Origin: Lama glama
Taxonomy: Eukaryota
DNA length: 64,000 bases
Direction: 5' to 3'
Assembly (NCBI GenBank): GCA_028534125.1
Contig: CM052816.1
Location: 94,986,001 to 95,050,000, forward strand
This document shows positions 39,701 to 51,810 of this stretch, piece after piece. The notes under the pieces were generated by a model. The model was not told where the DNA came from. It did no database searches and saw nothing but the letters and a program-made list of their open reading frames with translations. The stretch's first letter is position 1. Every line of letters starts with the position of its first letter. A program made the translations under genes and the position numbers.

Positions 39701-42700
39701 GAAGAGGATATAACATTCATTAACGTATATGCACCCAGTATAGGAGCACCTAATTATATAAAGTAATTATTACTAGACTTAAAGGGAGAAAGACAATAAT
39801 ACAATAATAGTCGGGGACTTTAACACCCCACTTACATCAATGGACAGATCATCCAGGCAGAAAATCAGTAAGAGTGGCCTTAAATGACACATTAGACCAG
39901 TTGGACTTAATAGATATCTACAGGACATTCAATTCCAAAACAGCAGAATAAATGTTCTTTTCAAGTGCACATAGATTACATGCTAGGCTACAAAATACAT
40001 CTCAACATATTTAAAAGGATAGAAATTATATCAAGTATCTTCCAACCACAACACTATGAAACTGGAAATTAATTGCAGAAAGAAAAATGGGGAAAACAAA
40101 CACGTGGAGACTAAATAACATGCTGCTAAAAAGCCAAACAGTCAAGAAAGAAATCAAAAAAGAAACCAGAAAATATCCCAAGACAAATGAACTTAAAAAC
40201 TTAAAAGCACAACTTCCAAAATCTATGGGATGCAGCAAAAGCAGTTCCAAGAGGGAGGTTTATAGTGATACAAGCTTACCTCGAGAAATAAGAATAATAT
40301 CAAATAAACAATCTACCCTACCATGTAAAGGAACTAAGAAAAGAATAATGAACAAAGCCCAAAGTCAGCAGAAGGAGGGAAATAATGAAGATCAGAGCAG
40401 AAATAAATAAAATAAAAACCAGAAAAGATTAATGAAACCAAGAGCTGTTTTTTGAAAAGATAAATAAAATGACAAGCCTTTAACTAGGCCCATTAAGAAA
40501 AAGAAAGTGGCCAAATAAACGAAATAAGAAATGAAAGAGGGAAAAGTACAACCAATGACATCAAGATACAGAAAATCATAAGAGAATACTAACAAACAGT
40601 TATATGCCAACAAATTGGAAAACCTAGAAGAAATGCATAAATTCCTGGAAACATACAGTCTTCTGAAACTGAATCAGTATGAAATAGATCATCTGAACAG
40701 GCCAGTCACTAGTAGTGAAACTGAATCAATAATCAAAAAATTCCCAGCAAACAACAGTCCAGGACTGTTTCACAGTGGAATTCTACCAAACATGTGAAGA
40801 AGAGCTGATACCTATCCTTCTCAAATTATTCCAAAACATGAAAAAGATGGAACACTCCCAGATTCATTCTGTGAGCTACTCTTACCCTGATACCAAAACC
40901 AGAAAAGATACCAAAAACAGAGAGAGAGAGAAAGAAAGAAAGAAAATTACTAGCCAATATATCTGATGAATTTAGATGCAGAAATCCTCAACAAAATATA
41001 AAGCAAACTAAATTCAACAATATATAAAAAGAATCATACACCACAGTCAGGTGGGATTTATCACAGGAATGCAAGAATGGTTCAACAAATTAATCAACGT
41101 GATACACCATGTTAACAAAATGAAGGATAAAAAGCATACAATCACCTCAATAGACACAGAAAAAGCATTTGAAAAAATTCAACATCCATTTATGATAAAA
41201 CCGTTCATCAAAATGGGTATATGCCCACAGGTAATATGATATTCAATGGTGAAAAGCTGAAAATTTTTCCTCTAAAATTAGGAACAAAACAAAGATGCCC
41301 ACTCTTACCACTTCTATTTAACCTGGTATTGGAAGCCTTAGCCAGAGCATTCAACAAGAAAAAGAAATAGAAAGCATACAAATTGGAAGGGAAGATGTAA
41401 ATGGTCACTATTTGCAGATGACATAATACTATATATAGAAAACCCTAAAAAGCCCCACCCCAAAACTATTAGAAGTAATAAGGATTAATATACCAGATCT
41501 GCTGCTTTTCTATACACTAATAATGAAGTATCAGAAATCAAGAAAATAATCCCATTTAAAATCACATCAACACGTATAAAACACCTAGGAATAAACTTAA
41601 CCGAGGTGAAAGACCTGTGCTCTGAAATTTATTAAACTGATGAAGGAAATTGAAGATAATACAAGGAAATCGAAAGATATCTTGTGTTCATGGATTGGAA
41701 GAATTCATACAAAGCAATCTACAGATTTAATGCAATCCCTAAGAAAATACCCACAATATTTTTAACAGAACTAGAACAAATAATACTTAAATTTATGTGG
41801 AGCTACAAAAAGATCCCCAAAGCCCAAGCAATCTTGAGAATAAAGGACAAAGCTGGAGGTATTACACAGTCTGTCATCAGGCTATACTACAAAGTCACAG
41901 TAATCAAAACAGTATGGTACTGACGCAAAAAAGACACATAAATCAATGGAACAGAATAGAGAGACCAAAAATAAACCCACGCACGTATGGGCAATTAATC
42001 TACGACAAGAGAGGCAAGAATATATAATGGGGAAAAGACAGCCTCTTCCATAAATGGTGTTAGGAAAACTGACTGGACAGCTATGTGCTAAAGAATCAAA
42101 CTGGACTGCTTTTTCATGCCATATACAAAACTAAGCTCAAAATTCATTAAAGATCTAAATACAAGATCAGAAACCTAAAACTACCAGCAGAAAACACAAG
42201 CAGAACACTCTTTGTTTGTAAGAAGTAGCAATATTTAGGGGTTGTATCTTCTCAAACAAAGGAAACTAAAGCAAAAATAAACAAATGGGACCTAATTAAA
42301 CCTAAAAGCCTTTACACAGCAAAGGAAACTACAGACAAAATGAAAAGGCAACCTACTGAATGGAAGAAAATATTTGTAAATGATATGACCAATAAGGGAA
42401 TTATATCCAAAATATATAAACAGCTCATACAACTCAGTATCAAAAAAAAAAAAAAACTCAACCCAATTAAAAACTAGGCATAAGACCTGAATAGGCATTT
42501 TTCCAAAGAAGCCATACAGATGGCCAACAGACACGTGAAAAGATGCTCAACATAATTAATCATCAGGGAAATGCAAATCAAAACCACAGTGAGATATCAC
42601 CTCACACCTGTCAGAATGGCTATTATCAAGAGGACAAGAAATAACAAGTGTCAGCAAGGATATGGGGAAAAAAGGAGCCTTCATGCACTGTTGGTACAGT

Positions 42701-43399
42701 CACTGTGGAAAACAGTATGGAGGTTCCTCAAAAAATTAAAAGTAGAACTACCATACAACCCAGTAATTCCAGTTCTGGATATTTTTCAAAGAAAGCAAAA
42801 ACACTAATCAGAGGATGTGAACAGCTTAAATGCACTTCAGTGTTCATTGCAGCATTATTTACAGTAGGAAATACATGGAAACACCCTAAGTGCTCATCAA
42901 TAGATGAATGGATAATGAAGATGTGGTATATATATACAACAGAATATTACTTGGCTATAAAAAATAATAAAAAAGAACCCTGGCATTTGCAACAGTATGG
43001 ATGGATGTAGAAGATATGCTAAGTGCAATGTCAGAGATAGACAGATACCATATTCACTTAGATGCAGAATCTAAAAAACAAAACAGAAGAACAAACATAA
43101 AAAAACAGAAAGAGACTCATAGATACAGGGAACAAAAAAGTGGTTGCCAGAGGAGAGAGGGATGTGGGGATGAGCTAAACTGGTGAGGGAGGTTAAGAGA
43201 TAGAAAAGTCCAGTTGCAAAATAAATGAACCATAGGGTTGAAATGTACAGCATGTGCAATAGAGTCCATAATATTGTAATAACTGTATAGTGACAGACGG
43301 AACTAGAGTTATTGTTGTGGTCATGTTATAATATATACAAATATCAGATCAGCAGGAACTCACGTAGTGCTGTAGCTCAATTATAATTCAATTTTTAAA
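36765..43399 (+). mobile_element. L1 module B: near full-length, inactive old L1 (5'UTR, ORF1 ~38052-38926, ORF2 ~39395-42960, 3'UTR)
   Basis: 5' start motif gggagataaggatagtggagtaggaagac; ORF-track fragments with L1 peptides ([57 protein letters not shown]); many stops and frameshifts. Confidence 0.95.
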
Positions 43400-44071
43400 A
43401 AGAATAAAGTGTGCCTCTATCTGTATCCATGAAATGACCTAAAATTCTCTAAGTCAAAAGAATTTCATATTACATTTCAACCACGATACCAGCATAAATG
43501 TGATATCATGTAGCAACTGACATTTTAGTAAAAGAAAATATGTATGTTACTTGAATATAGCTTGTCTCTCATAGAGGAAAAAAAATTGAAATTTACAAGA
43601 ATGCTTAATTTTTTTCTTGTAAAAGTATGTGATATAACTAACAGGTTTTCAAACACAGCCCAAATTGAATTCCAAGTCAGCAATAGTAATACTGACTGTT
43701 GCTGTTTCCAGCAAGTAAATGGATGAAGAAACCTTAAATGTAGTTGATCTACATTGCAAATGTGAAGACCCAGGAAATTAGCAGTCATTTCATTGACTAT
43801 GTAATAGCATCCCATAATTTCATTACAAAATTCATGTTCTCACATATCCGTTTACTCTGGCTCTCAAATCCAATGTCAGCCTGATCCCAGCCTACCATCT
43901 GCTCACTTTCCATCTCAAAGGCCGTTTTATGTCAAAAGCATTTTTGACCTCAGTTCCGATATTCTCTTCAAGGGATCTATGAGTCACTGCACCACGGGTC
44001 AGTTTCAGAGGTGGACTTCACATTGGAGTCCTCATGAATGGTTATGTCCTGCCCGGAGTCACCACATAGAC

Positions 44072-44289
44072 CAGGAGTCAGCAAACTGCAACCCACAGGC
44101 CAGATCCCACCCATTCGTGGAAATAACGTTGGAATGGAAAACACAGCCACCCATCCATTTATGTATTATTTATGACTCCTCCAGTCCTGCAATGGCAGAG
44201 TTGAGTAGCTGTGACCGAGGCCATATGGCCCACAAATCCAAGAGTATTTGTTATCTGACCCTTTATAGAAAAAGTGTGCCAGCCCTTGA
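44072..44289. mobile_element. MER58A hAT-Charlie DNA transposon
   Basis: caggagtcagcaaact...ggcagagttgagtagctgtgac...atatggcccacaaa...ccctttatagaaaaagt. Confidence 0.9.
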
Positions 44290-45200
44290 GATAGGCCAAA
44301 GTCACCAGCAGGCCCTGGAGTTGTGCAGTTGGAACCAGCCCATTGAAACAAAGGCTCTGTAGATAGTTAATATTTCCCCTCACCACGAGTCAAAGTGACT
44401 TCCAAAAATTTGATCGAATTAAACTGGCACAGATTTATTGACCTGGTGTCTGTTTTGTGATGCAGCTTGGCACTAACCAAAAGATACTTACTTATAGTTT
44501 CATGGGGATTTCAAAGCCATGCCTGGGAAAAAAAAAAAAAAGATAAACACTAGTCCAAAGGTTTATGCGACTCTTTAGTTTGTCACTATGGCCCAGAGGA
44601 CAGAACTTTAATTGTTTGAAGGGTTTTATTTATAGATGCTCGTCAATGCGCATTCCTGTGTGTGAATGTGAGAGGCACGTGTGCGATGTGTGTGCACGTC
44701 AGCCTTCCCCGCCATCTCTTGTGCTTGGGCGTGGAGAGCAGCTCCCTGCGATCCCTCAGGCCCCTGGAGCCAACACTGCACACACTCCTGTGCTTCATCT
44801 GAGGATGTGAACAGCTTAAATAAACCACACTGCCATCAAAACCCCCAAATCTGGCCCTTCCTGGTCATTGGTTGTTTTTCTCTTCTTTCTGTTCTATTTT
44901 GTGGTCAAACACTAAATCTGCATTCTGACTCAATGCCATGCTCTTGGGTTTGCACTTTGAAAATTCTTTGCCAAATTGTAATGCATTCCTGTCTCTTACC
45001 CTCGTGGGGCTGGGGGTGGGGGGTGTGAGAATGAGGCTGGAGACTGGTTACAACCATCCCCTGCTCTGTCCAGGCTGGACAAAGGAAAAGAGCCAGAAAA
45101 GCCAAGAGGCTTTTATTTGTTTTATACTGGCTGTTTCCTGACAAGTCAGGGTCAATTTGAAGCCCAGCTGTCCCACTCACCATCTTGCGTGTCCTGTCTT

Positions 45201-45572
<372 letters not shown>

Positions 45573-48500
45573 TGAGTGACATAGAGGCTCTGAGCCCAAA
45601 GGTCCAGCATTTGGTCCCAACAAGTTGTGTCATAGATATGAAAGGCACTCACCCAATAGTCTGAGTAATTGAAACCCAACTGAAACGAAAGAACAAATGA
45701 AGAAGCAGAAGAAAAGGATCACTAAGCACCCCGTGTATATAAGCTCAGATCCGTGAACTTTCCAGATTGGACAGACCTGTAATCACAGTCTCACCCCACA
45801 GAAAATCAGCCTGTCCTTCTGAGCGTCTCAATTAATGAGCAGAGGGGTTTTGCACACACGAGAAAAGCATCAACAAGAGTCAATAAGTAATTGAAGTAAT
45901 TGTGGACATGAGACACAAAATAAATATAAAAAGCGGCTCAGGAGGTTGAGAAATATTACAGCCCAGAAGCACTGGGAGAGACCCGACGGCCTGACCCGTG
46001 TCCCTAGCCCGAGACCCTGACCTAGTTACTGCCCGGGGTGAAGGGTCAATGCCCCTAATGATGCCGTGGATCACAGCAAGAGGCCAGGCGTTGGTCCAGT
46101 AGACTCTCCCGAGGCAGGCAGGAATTTATATCATATGTTTCAACGGAGACTTCATCCCCAAAATGATTTAAAAGTAAAACCTTAAGAGAAAAAGGTCACA
46201 TCTAGAAATTTTAATTCTACACTTCATTTCTAAATGCTGCTAAAAAGAATGCGTAACTTTTCTTTCTTGGATGGGAGGGGAGAATTCTTTCATATTGTCT
46301 CTCAGAAGTTGTCCTTTTGTTGTTCTCAGATCAGCAACTGTGAGTCGTTTACACAATGGGTGATCCCAGGAGAGATCTAAGATAACATCTAGGGGCAGAG
46401 AACATCACTGGTGGGCAGAGAGAGCAGCTTAGGCACCGCTCTCTGTAAGAATTCAGAAAGCCCTTCAGAAAGGGCTTCCATCAACAACCTCCCAGAGCAC
46501 CTCCTTGCAGCCCCTGGCTGCCTGCTCGGAGGAGGAGCGGGAGCCTAAAGTCAGTCCGCCTTCATCTCCAGCCAACCAGTCTTGGGATGGGGAAGTGGGG
46601 CCACAGCAGGAGGCTCACATTCTAGGGGATGAGATCCACCTTGCCAGAGGGAAAATTTGTCTTTTTCTAAGCCAGTGGGAAACAGTAAATATTCCACTAA
46701 GTTATAGTCTGTTTCTCGATTTCCCCAAGCCTCTCTGTTTCCCTTAAGCATTCATTACTTTGCACTTTAGTTTATAAAGTTCAGCCCATGTATTTCCCTT
46801 TTGAGATTTTCCTGTTCCTAGGGGGAAGTATGTGTAAGCTGAAGCACTGCAAAAATAGGGGCTAGAGGAGTATTGTGGATGGATGAGATCCTTTCCTAAG
46901 TATCTTGCCGGTTAAAATAAGCCCTTGATCTAAGATGGTTTGAGTTCCAGTCTGTTTTGCTTGAAGTGCCTATCCCAGCATCCCTACTTAGTCCCTCCTT
47001 GGACTCCTCCAGGAGCCAAATGAATTCTCTCCCAGGACGGGCTCCTTCAGCTAAACAGGCAGCCAGACATGACGAACACGCTATAAATTAGAAAGGAGCT
47101 GTTCGTTCTGAATCAGTGGCTCCAGAAGCCCGATGAAATATTACGGCCTCAAATAAACGCCACTTTCCCTCGGACGCGGAGCATTCCTTTGCTGAAATAC
47201 GCCTTCTCGTACGTCTGTGCATTGAAGGGAAACTGCTTTGAGAGACTTTACGAGTTATTTGTTGAATAGTAGTTTTCCATCTTCATTTCTTTTTCTGTGT
47301 TGATAGTGGTGTACAGAAACTGTAATTGTCTATTTCCATGAAAAAAAAGAATGTGTTGACAGAAATTTAATGGAGCTAAAACTCAAGAGCTAACAAGGAT
47401 TTAAAATGTGTTTCGTGTGAGGAGATTCAAGAAAGACAGGCTGGAGAAACTTAAGGGTGATGTTTTTAGTTGACCCCTGATTTTAAAAGATTGAGGAAGA
47501 GCTGTTCTGAGTAATTTCCAAATTATGCAGTTATGAAATGAAATGAGAACCTTTATGCTCAGTATAAGTACTACTAATAGCAAAGCTCAAAATTCACAAA
47601 AGCTTTTCTTTTTGTAAAGTCTTCTGGTGGGAAAACCAAATTCATTCATCCTTATGAATTGCTTCCCATCAGCGGGGCAATAGATTTCTATCTTGCTCTT
47701 CACTGACAATTTATATATCATTAGGAAAAAATGCCTGATCCGTATCTTTTAATTATCCATGCTTCAAATCTGTGTATTGAACATCTAGAAAAGGAAGGGT
47801 TTCAAAGAAAACATGAGACATGGAGCAGCTACTGTGGATAAAAATGAAATATGGACCAGTTATTGGCAACTACCTTAGGTTCAGAGTCATATACGACAGA
47901 TTTACTGGATAAATTAAGAGAAGGAAAATTATAGAGCAAAATCTTGAAGAATCTATAGAGTTTGCATGAATTAGGAGGTAAGAGGAAAGGGCATTATAAA
48001 TAAGAGGAAAAACACGAGCTGGAGAGATGGAAATTGAAATAAAAATGGCATATCTATCTATGGGACAGAATTAGAGGTCCATCTGTCACTGGCTTATTTC
48101 CTCCTAGGACCCAAGCGCAGAGGCAAGAATCACATTTCATCAATTTGACTACTTTATTATACTTAGAGAGAGATGCACTTAATAAACCAGAATATTCTTC
48201 TGGCTGGGTGTGTGGACCAAATAACAAAATTATGTTGGATTCCTGATGCATTTTTGAGCCAAAACACGTTTGTTATCCAAACTTTCAACTTTAGTAAGGC
48301 CTGGCTTCTGATTTTTCTCCCCTAAGGGAAAATAAACAATTGCAGGAGAATGTTATCACACGCAGGCTAAATAATGCATCACTTTTTTTTTAAACCAATC
48401 TTTAAGTTTAAATAACCACAAAGAGAACTTTAAAGTTTCTTTATCATCTGTATTTTTGCAGAGGATGTTTTCTTTAAAGGAAAAGAAGATGAGCCTTGGG

Positions 48501-48724
48501 AACAGACTTGATAAAGGGATAAAAGAAAGTGGGAGACAACAATTCTTGACTTTTTTGAACCTTGGTACTTTATAAAAATGAGGTCATGGACACAATGGAG
48601 TGATGATGTTTGACTATAGTAGGGACTGTCGGGACAACTGGTTTTGGAAGACAGGAGACAAGTTTGTTGGGGGGATGCAGAATTATAAGATTACAGAAAT
48701 CATTGCTCACAAACACTTATATAA

Positions 48725-49150
48725 TACCTGAGTCATACGTTCATCTCCAAGAGAGAGTTATTTTGGTTGGGACACCGGCTAAACCACTCTTAACAGGGAG
48801 ACTCAAAACTATGGAGGCTCAAGCTAAACCAGTATCTCTTTCCCTCTTGGAACCGTACCTGGTTAGCCTTGTGGTCCAGGGTCAGCAGGTGACCCTGGGG
48901 CACATCTTGTTGCTCTGCCTTGTGCTACGGTGTTGTCCTTGCCTGTGTGGACAAAGCTCCCTGGCTCTTCCTCTGTCACACCAGCCCATAAGACGAGAGA
49001 GAGGAAAAGTGAGGGCAAGTGACGTTTTTTGAAGCGAGTGATGCAAAAGGTACCAAAGTCCTGTTCCCCTCCCAGGACCAAGAACTCAGGCATATGCCAC
49101 ACTCAGCTACCCCACTGCGAGGGAGGATAGGAAAAGTGAGTAGCCACGAT
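48725..49150 (-). mobile_element. Possible old MLT1 (J/K-like) LTR
   Basis: Weak similarity in motif order to the LTR at 55629; very decayed. Confidence 0.35.
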
Positions 49151-49789
49151 CCCTGCTAAAACGTGTGACAAGAGGAAGGAAGTTGTCTTACTGAAAGAAG
49201 AAAGGTGGTACCAGCTCCGGTAGTCATTTCCTTCAGTTCAAATATCTTAACTGTCATTGCAGTCACTCCCTCATGGGGCACATCATTGCACTGTAGGGTG
49301 GCTGTGATTTGTCAGACCTTCTTACTTACATTAAACAAAGAGCTCCTTATCTGCAACTTCGGCCCTCCAACCCCATTCTGAGATGTCTAATTTCTCTTCT
49401 CTGTGACAGCCTTGCTGTTTTCGAAGTCAGCTAGCATGTCTCCGCAAGGTCATCCGTCCTCAGCTGTGGGCATAGCAGCATTTATTATTATTATAACTCA
49501 AGCTCAGTTGTAATATTAACGTTTCCACCACCTTCACCATTGCTGTCATATTTTTCCACATGCATGCAAATTTGTCAACCTCTCTCCAGTAATGTAGCAC
49601 CCCAAAGTGAATACAGTCTTCCAAGTTTATTTGAAGGAGAAGAAGGAGGGTGAGACTGAACGTCCCTGGGGCTGGGCACTCAACTTAAATCATGGAGCAT
49701 GGGAGCAGATGAGTGCCTGGATCGCTCATCATCCTATTTGGTGACACACAAAGAGCATCTGACTTAGACTCAAACGGCCAGAGGGTGAA

Positions 49790-49850
49790 GGCACAGCCCT
49801 GCCACTTACCAGCAGCATGACCTTGGACAAGTCACTTGAGCCTCTCTGCC
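49790..49850 (+). mobile_element. MIR core fragment
   Basis: ctgccacttaccagc...tgaccttggacaagtcacttgagcctctctg. Confidence 0.75.
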
Positions 49851-50899
49851 CTGGGTGTAGCAGTTGACTTTGGCAGCCCTGGGGCCCAGTCCTTGGAGGG
49901 GCAGGGGCAGATCTTTGATTCCCCAGGCCTCACAGGTAAAGCTCAGAGATCTGCCGGGGTCGTTTTGTGTCCAGATGTCTGAACCAGACGAGCAGGTTCC
50001 TGACATAGAGTCTCCAGAAAAGCGAGTCACCTCCTCAGTGGTCTGCAGTGGGTCTTCATGATGCCTTCCTTCTGCTCTGTGTGGCAGAGTCTGCAACTTT
50101 CCTCAGCCCTTGCATCAGAGAACTTCCACACCTTCTCATGGAGACTGCAGGCATCTCTCCATCAGTCCCACCCCATCCCTTGGTTTCCTCACCAGTGAGG
50201 TCAACGCCGTACACTTGCCTCACTGGGTTGCTCTTGATCTCGAATGAGACATCAGTCATCCAAGAGCTTTGTCAACTGGAGACTCATATACCAATGGGAG
50301 TTACTGCTGTTAATTCTAGAGCATTTTTCATGCCGTTTGGCTACAAGTGCTCCTTGCCACCCTGTCCACAGGCAGCGGGACATCTGGATCCTAAGTTTCC
50401 ACTTTGTTATCATTATCATCGTTGTCCACCTCTACCTACATTTTCACACTTCCCTTTCTTCTTGGTTTCTCCACCCTGTCATCTTCCAGCTGCTTGATAC
50501 CTAATCCAGTGCCCCCTTCCCCCAGTCTTCCTGCTAAGCGTCCGTGTCTGTCAGCACCATCAGCAATGTGTACAGAGCCCTGGAGAGACCACTTTCGCAG
50601 GGCAGGTTTTAGGTAAACCAAACTATGAACATAGGGCTTTGTAGGAAGGCCGTTAGTGACAATGAAAGCCGTCATGGTTTTGGAAGTGGTCTGAATGCTT
50701 TTATTCCATTTTGGTGCAGAATTTGTGTACGTGGCAGGTCGAGGATGCTGAAGACATGCTCACTGGGTTGAGGATCATGGAGAAGTCTAGCATTGGAATA
50801 AGAAGATGTGAGGTCAGGCTCTGGCTTAGTAAATACGTCACGTTCCTCCGATAAGAAGCCTGTTGTGTATCTTGTATGTTTATAATCTGAAAATGTTGT

Positions 50900-51810
50900 G
50901 GTAAGACAGCGTCTCTCACCAAATTGGTCTTCTCCGGGTTCCCGTGACATCACCGTCCCCTGGGTCACCTCAGGGTCTCTGGTTGCTCCTTCTCCATCCT
51001 TTGTGGGCTGGTCTTCCTGTTCGCTCCCTAAATGTTGCTGTCCCACAGGGTCCTGTGTCCAGATCTTTCTCATCTCACACACTGCCTCTTCCGGGGTGTC
51101 TGTAACTCTTCCCTGGGTGCAGTTACCAGCCACACGTGGTGGTCGCCTGAATCTCTCTCTCTAGCCCCAACCTCTCTTCATTATCTAGCCACTAGTTAGG
51201 TAACCAATTCAGATGCCCATAGCACCTCACATGGGCCCACTTTTCCTGGATTCGGCTCCTCCTCCTGCACTCTCTGATCAGTGACCAGCACAGCCCTCCA
51301 CCCGTCACCTGAGCCAGTCCCCAGGGACCACCCCTGGCTCTTTCCTCTCCTTCATATTATCGGCATCCAACTGACCAGAAAAGCCCAGACTCCCGCCTCC
51401 CTCCACTTCTTTCCATGGTCACGGCCTTGAGCAGCTCTCTCCATCTTCTGGATTTTGCCACAGACCCTAACTGGGCCCTGTACCTGCGGGCTTCCTCCTC
51501 TCCTGGCCTTTCGCCAAAGGGCAGCCAGGGTGAGCTTTCTAAAAAGCGAATCTGATTAAATGATTCCTTGGAGCTGCACCTCTCAATGACTCGTGTTGCC
51601 CTCAGGAAGGAACCCAAACGTCTTAGCACAGCCCACGAGACCTTTCAGAAGCAGCCTCAGCCTTGCTGTTTCATCCGTCTGCCTGCACTCAGCCGCCAGC
51701 TGTACCTAGCCGTCCCACCCTCCACCCACCTGCCTCCCTGAACATTTTCTTAATATCACCTCCCCTGAAATTCACCTTTCTGGCCTCCTCCCCAGGTCTG
51801 AATCAAGGTC
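50900..51810 (+). mobile_element. L2 LINE fragment
   Basis: gcagccagggtgagctttctaaaaagcgaatctgat and ttgccctcaggaaggaacccaaac motifs; pyrimidine-rich + strand. Confidence 0.7.

Noticed and set aside
38052..43010. Possible active L1 ORF1/ORF2
   Set aside because: Fragmented into pieces of 120 aa or less by many stops and frameshifts; the ORF1 start is mutated to ACG.
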